A DNA stretch of 63,440 bases, filler included, from Octopus bimaculoides (taxonomy: Eukaryota), in NCBI RefSeq assembly GCF_001194135.2. It is 8 parts of 8 records of this genome, joined end to end, with 100 filler letters (N's around TTAATTAATTAA, not from the genome) between each part and the next. Parts side by side here need not be neighbours in the genome. Positions count along the whole stretch, not along the records: positions 1 to 12,341 come from NC_068994.1; 7 more parts are not named here. One strand, written 5' to 3'. The translations under genes were made by a program, and so were the position numbers. How positions within the stretch are numbered: the first letter of the stretch is position 1; every line of letters starts with the position of its first letter. The notes beneath the pieces were generated by a model. That model saw nothing but the letters and a program-made list of their open reading frames with translations, was not told where the DNA came from and did not search any database. Below, in pieces: positions 1 to 11,569 of the stretch.

Positions 1-981
1 GGATTTTTTCGTTGTAAGGCTTTCTTTTTGAGTTGATTTTCACCTAGCAAGACTTATCGTAGATGGCGTAATAAGTCACACCCGGACAAGGTCGGGTTAT
101 ACTGCTAGTATATTTATATATTTGAGTGAGTGTATATGTGTTTGTGTATGTTTATTTACAAAGATACATAGGAAATAGAATTATAGACACTCACGCTTTT
201 ACACAGACATATATGATATATAAACAGACACACTTAAAAAGGAAGGAAGCGGGCTGTGCCAAAGTATAGGAAACCGCGTTCACTACAGACTTTGCTACTC
301 ACACATATAGATGTATACATATGTACACATGCACACGCGCACACACTCATAGACACACGCAGTTGAAGCACTGTTTGATTATTTTTCACCTTTTTGTATC
401 CATTTTATATATAAAATACTACAACTAGCCGTCATTTTTTACGGTACGGGGTCAGCTCGTACAAAATAACAGGCATCCACAATCTGAGGAGTCAATGTCT
501 CTAATCCCTTAAAAATCAGAAAGTAATTCGTCATTGGTCGATTTAAAAGCTTTATTATAATAAATCTCACATATAAAAATGCTCGTGCAAACATAGATGA
601 CTACAAAAGTAAAAAAAAAAATGAATTATCTGCTGCAAGCAAAATAAAATTCATCAGTAATGTTACTGCGTTACGATAACTTAGTGCCTGCACTTTTCTC
701 CTGTCAGTTTTTGCCAGAGAATGTGCGCATAGTTATGCAGCTAATGAAGTTTATTTCACAGCCACAGTTTGACTAAATCACAAAATATGTAATGCACGCT
801 ACCGAAATTTCCTTTGCCTTTCGCTTTTCTCTGATTGATGTAAATTCGTACAACCAGGGTAATACTAAAGTTGCTTTTTTTCATGTTACGCGCTGAAGCC
901 AAAAAGATATACCAAAAAAGATAACGCCAACAAATCATTTTTAGCAATTGTTAATGCCAACTTTAGTAGTTGATTCATACA

Positions 982-987
982 TTTATT
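982..987 (-). terminator. Putative polyadenylation signal AATAAA of the Pif/LamG3-like gene
   Basis: First AATAAA found on the minus strand, about 93 nt downstream of the stop codon. Confidence 0.5.
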
Positions 988-1079
988 CAATTAAAAAAGG
1001 AAAGTAATAAATATATTGTTAAACATCAAATTCTCTTTCCATAAGTTGTTTTCATTGAACGTGAACTGTTATAGTATGT

Positions 1080-1109
1080 TTACCATGATGGGCATTTGGT
1101 GAGCTTGAA
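1080..1109 (-). CDS. Exon 8 coding part (FKLTKCPSW*)
   Basis: Long polypyrimidine acceptor ending CAACAG, phase 0, TAA at 1082-1080. Confidence 0.78.
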   Translation of the reverse strand, partial: FKLTKCPSW

Positions 1110-4100
1110 CTGTTGAAAGGGCAAAAAGAAAGAATTTTATAATTTCATTTATTTTCTTATTTGTTATGCGGTATTAATTTATTAAATTGAAAAGCTATAT
1201 ATAAAATAGTGTATCTATACATTACATATAGTGTATCTATACATTACATATAGTGTATCTATACAACGTATTATTGTAGGTTAAAATGTAAAATACTATG
1301 ATACACTGTACATTGGTAGGTAAATTATGTAATTATGTATAAGGTAATATTGTAATTTGATCATATAGGTGTAGAATAAGTTTTATAATAGTAAATTAAA
1401 TTCTATGGTAGTAGATTAAAATGTAGATTTGTTGTAGTTCATATGATACTATAATGGATGTATTCAGGAAATGGATGTGCAGTCTTAAAATCTGTATCGT
1501 ATAAGTCAGAATATTGAACACTATATTGTGAATGTATGGTATTGTTTGTTGTATGAGAATTTTGTAAGACACACAATGCTACAAATCTGTGACATTTCAA
1601 TGACACGAAATAATGATAAATAAATTGCTGCATTATGAATCCATTTCCAATCTAGGACATTGTGTAAAAAAAAATGTAACTCACCTCGTTTACTGAACCA
1701 ATGAAAGGGTTAGAAGAACAGGGTTTTCCAATACTCAGTGCACTGTCAACTGTTTCGATATAACCTGAAAATTAAAGCAAAATTGTAATGTATTTAAATC
1801 CTTCTACGACACCCAAAATAAGTACAAACATCTAGAGCTTATCTCTAGCTTCTTGTCACCAAAGAGAAGAGAGATAAACCTATCCTTAATAGTAACAACC
1901 GTCTATGACAGATAATATTCCCTTATCAGAAACTTATTTTGTATATCTATTTTGTATATCTATGTGAACTTAACTTAGAATTAAATGTCTTGTCTAAAGA
2001 CGCCATAGAAAATACGCTCACTTGCTACTTGTTATAAAGTATTATTTCAAAATGTATATGTCTAGATGCGGTTTTGTTGTTGTCTCCACACAGATTGCAC
2101 TGATAAGAGGTCAGTAGTACAATAAATTCAAATAGCTTCACAGCAATCGGTCTAAAGGAATGGTGGAGAATGACACTATTTTTAAATGCGTAAATAATAT
2201 GGCCGATCGAAAACCAGACACAAACCATTTGGAGATTACAAAATATAAAAGATTTGATCCACAAACATATACAATAGAAAGTCAATATTTTAAAAAGTGT
2301 ATATGTCTTTTTCGGCAACTGTATATTCGGCTTCATGATGGTAAGTGAATGAAAGTTAAACCTCCTCTTCGGCGATTAAGACAGAAGCGTGTCCAACAAC
2401 AACACAGTAAACAGAGTCCGGTAAAAATAAATCTCCTATTCAAATGCAAAGAAGTGCCTGCATCATATATGAACCCACTTACTATATAATGCTTTATTCA
2501 CTCAGATATTTGGCTTTTAGTTTAGGGGATATAATTGATTAATTTTATAAAGTGTACTTCTAGTAGTATTGGTATCGATATATTTCTCATAGTAATAAGA
2601 GAGAAAGGTAGCAATACGAAAAACATAAGTATCAGGCACAATGAATTAATACAGTTCTATATTTAAGAGATGAGGAGTTATGTACATTATTTACATTTGA
2701 CGGATATTTATCCTCATCTTCTTTGTTGTTAACACAACGTTTCGGCTGATATATAAACATGGGTTCTCATTCCTAAGGTATTTTTCGATGTTATTATTAT
2801 CATTATTATTATAATTATTATTATTCAGGTCACTGCCTGGAATCGAACTCGGAATCTTGGGGTTAGTAGCCCGCGCTCTTAACCACTACGCCATATGCCT
2901 GGTTAAGANNNNNNNNNNNNNNNNNNNNNNNNNNNNNNNNNNNNNNNNNNNNNNNNNNNNNNNNNNNNNNNNNNNNNNNNNNNNNNNNNNNNNNNNNNNN
3001 NNNNNNCGCGGGCTACTAACCCCAAGATTCCGAGTTCGATTCCAGGCAGTGACCTGAATAATAATTATAATAATAATGATAATAATAACATCGAAAAATA
3101 CCTTAGGAATGAGAACCCATGTTCGAAATTTCCGCAAGACACCTGCTGAAGGCCGGAGGGTATATTAGCCGAAACGTTGTGTTAACAACAAAGAAGATGA
3201 GGACAAATATCCGTCAAATGTAAATAATGTATAATGAATTAATTTTACATGTTTTATGAACATGTTCTATTGAATTAGTATTGATTTGCTGAAATACACG
3301 ACACAAAAGTTAAGGGCTTTTGTTGATCCGAAAATATTTTAAACTTGTTATTTATTTTATATTTTTATTAAATTATAATTTTATAATTTCACTTACCCGG
3401 AATTGTTTTTTCTTCTACAAGTTGGCCATTCAAGTACATTCGCACTTTATCGTTTGACTTTCCAAATTTGATACTATACCATTGGTTTAATTCCTATAAT
3501 AAATTAAATATTATTTTAATTCTTACATGTCTATGGTTTCTACTGGCAATATAACGATGAATACTAATTTTGTCTCCCCAGTCTATGAATAGGAAAACAG
3601 AATTAATATTTATTTTTCTTCAAGCTTAAAAGAGTAGAAAAATGGAGCGTTGGGACGTACATTTATTTTTAACCGGAAGTAAATTGAGGGAAGCAAAACC
3701 CAGTTAATTCCAAGCTTAATTCTCTATTCGTAGCGCTCGCTTCATATCGCTGATATTCTAAGATCTGGATTTCTTATCACTGACAATTTATATTATGTTA
3801 AAACGTGTAACTGTCGATGTTATGGTGAACAAATATGTTATAATTAAGTGCAGGCTGCTACACTTAAAGTGGTGAGCCGAAAAAGATGTTTAATCAGTTG
3901 AAATTTTAAGCAAAAGTACTCTGTGTTATCGAAAATTAATCCCAGTAATGGGGTTAATATTCTACGGCTAACCGTTGTTGACATCAGAAACACAATATGC
4001 TGAAACAGATTCACTTCCGATCGCAAATATTATCATCAGTTTGCTTGGAATGATACGATCCTTAAGTCAATAAGATTAATCTCCGATTAATGGATAATAC

Positions 4101-7100
4101 ATTTGACTGTGGAAATTAAAGCCATTTACTGAAATATACTTGGGGGAAATAAGCATTAGTTAATTCTTTGATTTATGGACATTTGTTGTCATGAGAGATG
4201 ATATTTTCAAGATATACATCATCACGTTTTGTATCAGTTACGTTTTTACTATTCAATTTCAGACTACTTAAATAAAAAAAATATTTTTAAAACAATATAT
4301 TTTCTTTCACTTACCACTCTTTTCTTTATTTGTACTGGGAACATATATCCTTCTAATTTCATGAAGCCAACAACTGTTGGGAAGGTGTTTGCATTTTCGA
4401 CTTCAATACTGATTGAAGGCTTACGATCGCAGTTTCCGTTAGTCATAATGGCGTACGAATCTTTGGGAGAACTTTTAAGATAAAAGTTCATACTAATTTC
4501 AACACTGTTACCTAAATCGTTGTTTGTCAAAACTGGAATCACCAGGGCAGAACCAGTAGTAAATACAGCAGCATTGTTACGAAAAGTAACGTCAACATTT
4601 TCCACATACCATTTATTGGAGAGTTCAAAAGAATTGCTCTTCAGCGGAAGATCAACCAATAGACAAGTTTTCTCTAGAAAAAAAAAAAAAACAGACTTGA
4701 CCAATAGCATATATCTTAGAATTTCATAGTAGTTCGATTGTAAGAAAGTCATAAAGAAATCGAGCCTAATGATTTGAGTAAAAATTTAATTTCATTAAAA
4801 TGCTAATCACCATTTATTCGTTATATTCAATTAGAATGTATCAAGTAATTCCCAATATGTAAATAGCAAACAAGTTGAGTTACAGTACAAATATAAACCA
4901 AATGTATAACAGAGGTATATGACAAATGTATAGCTGTAGAAAATGAGTATTGGCGATCCACAGAAGATCACAAAAAGATAAAGTTGAGTACAATTCGATT
5001 GTAATTCTGAATAGAGGCATATATGACGAAGATAATTACCTATATTCATAAAATATAGTCCAAGACAATATTGAACCTGTCACTGTAGGCTCATTCTTCA
5101 CTTTGCTAAGTACTAAAAACTAGAACTAAAACTTCCTATCCAATTCTGCTTTCTCTTCACTCGGTATCTGTGCACTCCGATCTTACCTTGATTCCATACC
5201 TCACCTGCTACTGGCATGCAAGTCCTATATTCTATACTTCTCCGAAGTACAAATTTCTCAATACTTTTTTCATCTCTACTCATATATCATTCCGAAAAGG
5301 GAACTCTGTGCACACACACAGTATGATCTTCCTGCCATTCATCTCTTTTGTCTGTATTAAGACTTCGAATCATTTTCACTCAAAGACATTTTCCTTCGTT
5401 CCTACACACACATCTACTTTCTTGATAAAATTAATTAAATGAGTTGCTTTCGAACTTACCTTCAGGCAGAGGAATCATTTTACCACAAGTGCATGTTTTG
5501 ACGTCGAACCCAGTACCAGGACCACAATCCTTTTCAATCCAACCTACAGCATTCTTCTGCCAAAATTTTCCTATACTTTTAGACGGCTTGAATGTTTCAG
5601 AACACGCTGAAAAAAGGAAATGCGAATGATTGAATGTTTTGCAAATCTCCTCGAGGAAGACAGAGGCTGGAAAGCAAGCGGAGCATTTTCCAATCGAAGT
5701 CGGATGTAGAGGATTCATTGGACACAATGTGAGGCGACTGTAGTTATCGTTTAACCTAACTCATCGTAAGTTAAGTACCACCATGAGCGATATCCAAACT
5801 ACAGTGGAAAAGGTTAGCCATTGGATTTGGTTAAAAAAGACGATGAGCGATGGCTAGAAGAATACTGAGCTATATCTGATAACCAGTTGATCTCGTAAGT
5901 GGGATCTCATTTCAGTGCGCAATGATGCCGTCGTGAGGTAGGCCCCGAAAAGGCGCGCATTCTCTCTTGTTGACCCCATACACTTGCTGGCTTCTGGTAT
6001 GCGGAGCTTTCGATTGGTATCAATTGTACGTGCAAGTTGTTTGCAAAACAGCTACAGTCGTCTCATTGAATTCAGATAATTCAGTCATCTCGTATTCAGA
6101 TAATCTTTTTATAACACAGAACCTTTTATCATTAAATTTGCGCTAAAGTGATTTGTAAAATGCTTATGCAAATTAATTTTATTTAAATCATAATATCTTT
6201 TGTTATGTTCATTATCAAGGGTAGAGAATATATTGAAAAGAATCAAGAGATGAATTATTAAAATTCAATCTTTCATTATTATAACCAGATCTATCAACGT
6301 TTAAAAATATCAGATAATGAGCAAAAATAACAGACTTTGTTAGTTTTTAACAGGCTATATTTATTTCAAAAATGTACTTAAATAAGTAAATATACTTAAA
6401 TAAGTAAACATGAGTTATATTCTTTGGGAATTATTCAAAAAACTTGTAAAATTTTTTGTTCCAATGAAAACTTTACCAGTCCGAGAGAGAAGACATTTTA
6501 AAACCGGTCTTTAAAAGGCTTCCAAGGCCGGAGGTGCAATTTATTTTCATGGATCTACCAATAGCAAATAATATCTCACAATTCAGAGATGGTACAAAAG
6601 ATTTGTCTTCATCTGTACTTTCCCTCATTTTTTCTTCTTTTAAGTTGTATTTTTCTTATATATAGGGGGTATTATATATCTTTCTTATAGCTTAAAAACT
6701 TTACGCGCATTCTTAAATTGAGTAAACAAATAACCACAATTTTATTATTTTATTTTCTTTAGATTAGCCTTTTCTCATTAACCCAATTTAATAACTGGTT
6801 GTCATCAAGGAACATTACAAAAATGTACCATAGGCAAAATAAATCTTTTATATTCGTTTTACTAGTTAATTCATACATCTGTAACATAGCCACAAGAAGT
6901 CTTACTTTTGACAATTTATTCAAAATTTGTAAATTATCACTAACTATAAGAATTCGCCCTATTACATACGGGACCTACTAGCGGGACTTATGAATTAATG
7001 GAATTAATTCAAGGAATTAATGGTAAACCTATTGGGTTATTTCTGAACACTTTATCCAAAAAATCTGAATGCGTAGCCTGTGCTGTGTCTGTATGGACAC

Positions 7101-10100
7101 ATCTGCGGACAATCCAAATATTGGCTCAGAAATCTTCAGCAGGTGTGACCATTTTAAGAAATATTTCCAGGAAAAAAGTGATTGATTACTTTTTGCGTAG
7201 AGCAGTCACACTATCTCTGTTTAATTTCTGGGTTTTATGTAGACTTACGCCCCTTACTATAACATCAAATCTATCATGTTATACGTGAATCTCTATCCAT
7301 CATTAAAAAAATCGATTCACAACAAACTACTAGGAATATTTGAGTTGAGCTGTTATGTTTTATGATCTAACGGTATTTAGAGACTTTTTCAGAATATGAA
7401 CCTTCAAGTCACGATGTCTAATCAGTAAAAGGAACATGCATACATATTTATAGATATAGTTCATCAGTAGGTAACATAATTTTAAAAGAAAAATAACTAA
7501 GTACCACATATAGTCTAGAACTCTACCAATTGAAAAGTAAATATGTAATTGATTCAAGCAGCTCTATAATATAGAGTGAGTTATAAGAGCTAAAAGATTC
7601 AGTAATATTTTTCTAATTGTGTAAATTACTTAAAACGATTTGATTTATTAACTTTCTGCCTACAGTACTTGAATCTATGACCGACACCAAGTAGAGTTTG
7701 AATTCAGAATTTAAAGCGACATAGCTACTATATACTGCTTTACTAACTTTAAAATTGTGTATGACTATAAAGATATTTATCGATTTTCAAACTAAATGGT
7801 GATATTTTTTAAGTTGACCACTGTATATATTTTAGAGATCAGGTAAGAGCTACGAACTAAGAAAGTAAAGCGACGTAACTAAATACTGAAATATAATTTG
7901 ATCGTGAAGTAAGACTTCCCGATCAAATTATCTGATGTGAAAAAGAAACAATAAGTAAAAGGAAAATAATAAATGTAAACATACGTCTCGTGATAATAGG
8001 TCCTACACATCTGAAATCTGAAACACAGCGTGATGTTTTTTCGTCGAATCTGTGTTGAATCGGGCAAAATTTTGCTTCGTAATCGAAACCCGATTGGTCG
8101 CATTCAAAATATTTGTTGCAAGAGAAAACATCCTTAAACTTTGTTTCATAATTACATTCTGCAATGAAAAATAAATTTTTTTTTGCCCAATGAAGCCAAG
8201 AAAAAGTTTGTAGTTGTTGTTGTTTATCCCAAACCAAATTATATTACATATAAACTAGTACGGTGTTTATCTTAGTAAAAACGAGTGTTGCTCTATATTA
8301 AACATAATACTTGCTTCCAGTGTATTAGTGATAATATTATCTTTAAAATTTACGGCTGATTTATTCACTTCTTCCTTTGACTGTAACCCCCAAATTTTCC
8401 AATGAGGTTGATCTTAAGAATGTGTAAAAGCACTGCTCTTAGAAATAAGAATTGAAACAGTTTCAGTTTTTAAATAAACTAAATTTAAATGAATTTGGTT
8501 TCAATGCGAAAAATTCAATGTTAAGTTTATACTTACTTTTCTGGCATATAGTTTTTGAACAATAGTCGCAGTTTTGAATGTCTTTGTTATAACATGTTCC
8601 TTCATTGCAAAACATTTCATGAGCAATCAATGTTTTATTAATAAACTGGCATTGTACATAGGCATCACAACGTTTTGGATGTTCATAGTATCCGGATACG
8701 ACACTTTCTTCTAAACATTTTTCACAGTATTCTGCAAATATAAACAGTGTCATAAATATAAACTGTATTATAAATATAGTTTTCTTTAGAGGACTAGAAA
8801 CAAAAATCCTGTGCTTTTAAAGGAAAGGAGCTGGTGTGATGTTTCATGACATTAACAGCATAAGTAAAGTAAAATGGCCTTAACTTAGATCTAAAACCTA
8901 AGTCCCTCAATACAATACTCGCTTAGAAGTGTAACTATTAATGTTTAAAGGTGTTTTCTACTTCTTGAATGTTTATTGAGTCCTACATTCATCTAAAAAC
9001 TAGTCCGTAAAACAAACTTTAACTCTCAAGCAAATGAAACCACACTTATATGTATGAAGAGAAATCCCCAACAATATTCAAACACACTCAATGCGAGACA
9101 AAACACAAAGGTGATCTCAGCAAGATTTAAACTTGGGCGCAAAATGCTAGAAGCAATGCCGCTAAGCATTTTGCCCGACACGTTAATGATTCTGCCACTT
9201 CGTCGTCTTCCACCGAAGTAAATAATATTTTCCACTACAGGCACAGGCCTTGAAATTTTGTGGGAGACGGCTTCTCGATTACAACGACCCCAGTGTTCGA
9301 TGGTACTCATTTTATCGTTCTCCGAAAGAATGAAAGGCAAAGTCGCCTCGGAAGAATTTAAACTCAGGACGTAAAGACGGACGAAATGCCGCTAAGCCTT
9401 TTGTCCAGTGAGTTAATGATTCTGCAAACTCGTTGCTTTAATGGAACTAAATGGTAGTAAACATTTGATGCGATTCTCACGCATTGGTTCCAGTAACACC
9501 GATATAATAATGAGTGTGGTTGATTGATTAAGATGGTTGACACTTATCTTGTGTACGTTCCACAATAAAAAAAAAATCGGTATGTAGAGAGGAGGTTCAA
9601 AGTTTTAATTTGGTTTCGAATTTCATGTGAGGTATTTCCTTTCACATCAGTAATGCCCTGGAAGCAAGGTTGGCAAACTACGGCCAATCGCCTCATTTTC
9701 TTCGACCACTAATTTTGTTGAATATGTGCCATTGCACACACAAATTATTTGGTTAGCTAACAATGAATTTCAAAATCAAAAATAAGAGCAAATGTTCCAT
9801 TTTGTGGCCGTCTTAAGCGAACGACTGCTTTAAATCTATACGAAAAACTGAAATTTCTTAATTTTAGGGAAAAAGAAATGAATTTACGCATGAGAACCAC
9901 AACGTTTCATACGTTATTGCACATGGTTTACATGAGTAATTGATTCTTAAAAAGGAAGGATTAGTAACACATATTTATTTCTGCATTGAGGAAAGCAAGA
10001 ATACATTTATCTCGAAGTCATAATCGCCCTCATTCAACTAAACTTTAAAAAAATGTTTAAACTTTTCATTGAATACAAGCACGTAACAATTTTTACATGT

Positions 10101-10722
10101 GTAGCAATTCCTTCATTACATCAAGTGACATTGAGGAAATTCAAAAATTGTTTCGATAACAATGCATAGACATACTTTCATTATATAATCACATTTTCCT
10201 GCAAGCATAAAAACACTTCCAGTACAAATCACCTGCAAAATGTTTTGCCTTAAGGAAAAGTATGATGCCTTATCTCCCTTCCCAGAAAATGTAAAGCATT
10301 TCGATTGGTAAGAACCAATCGGTTTCGACATATGAAGATCCGACAGCCTACACTTTCTTTGTCAGTCATAATACTTATGTCGAACGTGACATTTGAGTCC
10401 CACCAACGATTTACAAAGAAACCCGCAAATGTTGCAAGTATGAGAATTACGAGTTAGTGCAGGCTGTATATTTGCAGCCACTTTTCTTCTTTGTCTTGCA
10501 CCCCTTAGATTGGAAACAATTTTTGGTATTATTTATTCACTATTACACGTGTTCCATTTGCTAATAGAAGTTATGAAATTGTTCATATTGTAGAAAATAG
10601 GTAAGATATCTTCTATTGGCAATTCTGAAGACAGCGAATCAAATAATACAAACTTTATATTTGGATGAAATAATCAGATATATTTCAAGAGGACACTGCT
10701 TGGATTTTAACTCTGTCTACAT

Positions 10723-10754
<32 letters not shown>

Positions 10755-11124
10755 GGATGGATGGATGGATGGATGGATGGATGGATTTGTATGAGTCTGT
10801 ATTTTCTATGCAGATTGTGTATATGTCTATGAACATATGCAATATTTAATTTGATTTCATGTCAGTTGAAATGTCGAAAGACATGTGACATTAGTCGTGG
10901 TACTTACCATCTTCTTATACAAGTTAATACAACTATTGACAAAACAAAACTACACATTCAGATGAAAAGCGCAACGACAAGCTGAAAACAAAAACAAAAA
11001 CAAAAACGAAAATGAATGAAGAATATACAGAAACCATTTACTTACTGTTTAGAGCATTATTTTCAAGAGCAAATGCTGATAAAGATGTTACACAGAGTAA
11101 CAAAAGCCCAAGAAAAAGTTTCAT
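1080..11124 (-). CDS. Complete 8-exon gene, join(11124-11046, 8731-8537, 8158-7985, 5606-5460, 4673-4315, 3493-3397, 1764-1685, 1109-1080). Secreted Pif/LamG3-like protein: signal peptide + 2 CBM14 + degenerate chitin-binding module + LamG/ConA-like domain, 386 aa
   Basis: Manually spliced. All seven introns are GT-AG with compatible phases (1,1,1,1,0,1,0). Exons total 1161 nt = 386 codons + TAA with no internal stop. Domain motifs are read directly from the translation. The family label comes from recognising the domain architecture, not from a database search. Confidence 0.88.
1685..1764 (-). CDS. Exon 7: LamG C-terminal (GYIETVDSALSIGKPCSSNPFIGSVNE)
   Basis: Acceptor TAATTTTCAG, donor GTGAGT, 80 nt, phase 1-0. 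Matches the L-x-I-G...F-x-G-x-(I/V)-(D/N)-E LamG_3-type motif. Confidence 0.88.
2651..3232. mobile_element. Head-to-head inverted dimer of a tRNA-derived SINE with a hammerhead-like/Penelope-like tail, in intron 6
   Basis: Left copy is minus (head TGGCGTAGTGG / GAGTTCGATTCC starting at 2899). Right copy is plus, from 3007. Arms are near-identical apart from a deletion in the left copy. AATGAATTAAT is directly repeated at 2640-2650 and 3233-3243. Centre is an N gap. Confidence 0.8.
3397..3493 (-). CDS. Exon 6: LamG middle (ELNQWYSIKFGKSNDKVRMYLNGQLVEEKTIP)
   Basis: Acceptor TTATTATAG, donor GTAAGT, 97 nt, phase 0-1. Contains the typical LamG motifs W-x-x-I and Y-L-N-G. Confidence 0.88.
4315..4673 (-). 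CDS. Exon 5: N-terminal part of the LamG/concanavalin A-like domain
   Basis: Poly-T-CTAG acceptor, donor GTAAGT, 359 nt, phase 1-0. Beta-strand-rich EKTCLLVDLPL...AAVFTTGSALVIPVLTNNDLGNSVEISMNF...AIMTNGNCDRKPSISI. Confidence 0.88.
5460..5606 (-). CDS. Exon 4: degenerate chitin-binding-like module (4 Cys)
   Basis: Acceptor CCTTTTTTCAG, donor GTAAGT, 147 nt, phase 1-1. PCSETFKPSKSIGKFWQKNAVGWIEKDCGPGTGFDVKTCTCGKMIPLPE retains the C-x-x-G-T-x-F-D motif. Confidence 0.88.
7985..8158 (-). CDS. Exon 3: CBM14 domain 2
   Basis: Acceptor CATTGCAG, donor GTATGT, 174 nt, phase 1-1. Six Cys, spacing C-x11-C-x5-C-x11-C-x12-C-x5-C (CNKYFEC...FCPIQHRFDEKTSRC). Confidence 0.92.
8537..8731 (-). CDS. Exon 2: chitin-binding type-2 (CBM14/peritrophin-A) domain 1
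   Basis: Acceptor TTTGCAG, donor GTAAGT, 195 nt, phase 1-1. KYCEKCLEESVVSGYYEHPKRCDAYVQC...EMFCNEGTCYNKDIQNCDYCSKTICQK has spacing C-x15-C-x5-C-x13-C-x12-C-x7-C. Confidence 0.92.
9070..9440 (-). mobile_element. Two tandem fragments of tRNA-derived SINE family C (intron 1)
   Basis: GCAGAATCATTAAC...GCTTAGCGGCATT...GAGTTTAAATTC head. Related copies at about 19280-19695(-), 27860-28045(+), 29410-29517(-), 32228-32400(-), 33805-33955(+), 44915-45025(-) and 57165-57700(+). Confidence 0.8.
10295..10510 (-). mobile_element. RTE LINE 3' end with a terminal C2H2 finger (intron 1)
   Basis: HTCNICGFLCKSLVGLKCHVRHK on the minus strand. Homologous to 20350-20800. Confidence 0.7.
11046..11124 (-). CDS. 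Exon 1: signal peptide MKLFLGLLLLCVTSLSAFALENNALN
   Basis: ATG at 11124, Lys followed by a hydrophobic stretch and an A-x-A cleavage motif. Ends in a phase-1 donor A|GTAAGT (11045-11040) that joins in frame to exon 2. Confidence 0.85.
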
Positions 11125-11217
11125 TGTTTTTCCAGAAATGTAGTTAGGTACAGCTGAGAGGCAAAGTTAGTTTCTGCGAGTTTACAGAGGTGTGCTTCCA
11201 AAGTTCAAAGTTGGCCA

Positions 11218-11225
11218 CTTATATA
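11218..11225 (-). promoter_or_regulatory. Putative TATA box (TATATAAG)
   Basis: About 94 nt upstream of the ATG, implying a TSS near 11190 and a short 5' UTR. Position-based inference only. Confidence 0.4.
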
Positions 11226-11307
11226 ACATTTTGCCAAGTAATTCCAATAAGAATAAAGGAAGAAAATGTCACGTGTTATGACAACGTGCTTATAATTATT
11301 CATAAGT

Positions 11308-11351
<44 letters not shown>

Positions 11352-11520
11352 GGGTGTATGTGGGTGTTTGTGTGTGTATGTCAGTTTTACATGTTTGGAT
11401 GCGCGCACGCATTTGTCTGTATACATACATCTCAGAGTGTCTGCACGCCCATTTGTTTTAATACTTCTGTTTTTCATATGGATATTCCATCCGATTATCT
11501 ATAGACACACACACACACAC

Positions 11521-11569
<49 letters not shown>

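Noticed and set aside
424-450. Helitron-like 3' end (short hairpin + CTAG|T) on the minus strand
   Set aside because: The hairpin is only 4-5 bp and no matching 5' TC end was identified.
2826-2899. tRNA-like sequence with an apparent ACT anticodon
   Set aside because: It lacks an acceptor stem and the long variable arm of tRNA-Ser and runs into a repeat body. It is a SINE head, like the other tRNA-like heads here.
5736-6060. Short degenerate inverted ends CGACTGTAG / CTACAGTCG in intron 3
   Set aside because: Only a 9-bp perfect match and no TSD; may be an old MITE but is not supportable.
10176-10232. Candidate extra exon (TTTTGCAG...|GTATGT, VICTGSVFMLAGKCDYIMK) in intron 1
   Set aside because: Open only in phase 0-0, whereas the flanking exons need phase 1-1, and that frame contains TGA. 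It could only be a poison or noise exon.
10902-10910. ATG|GTAAGT alternative first exon
   Set aside because: The phase-0 donor is incompatible with phase-1 exon 2 and would bypass the signal peptide.
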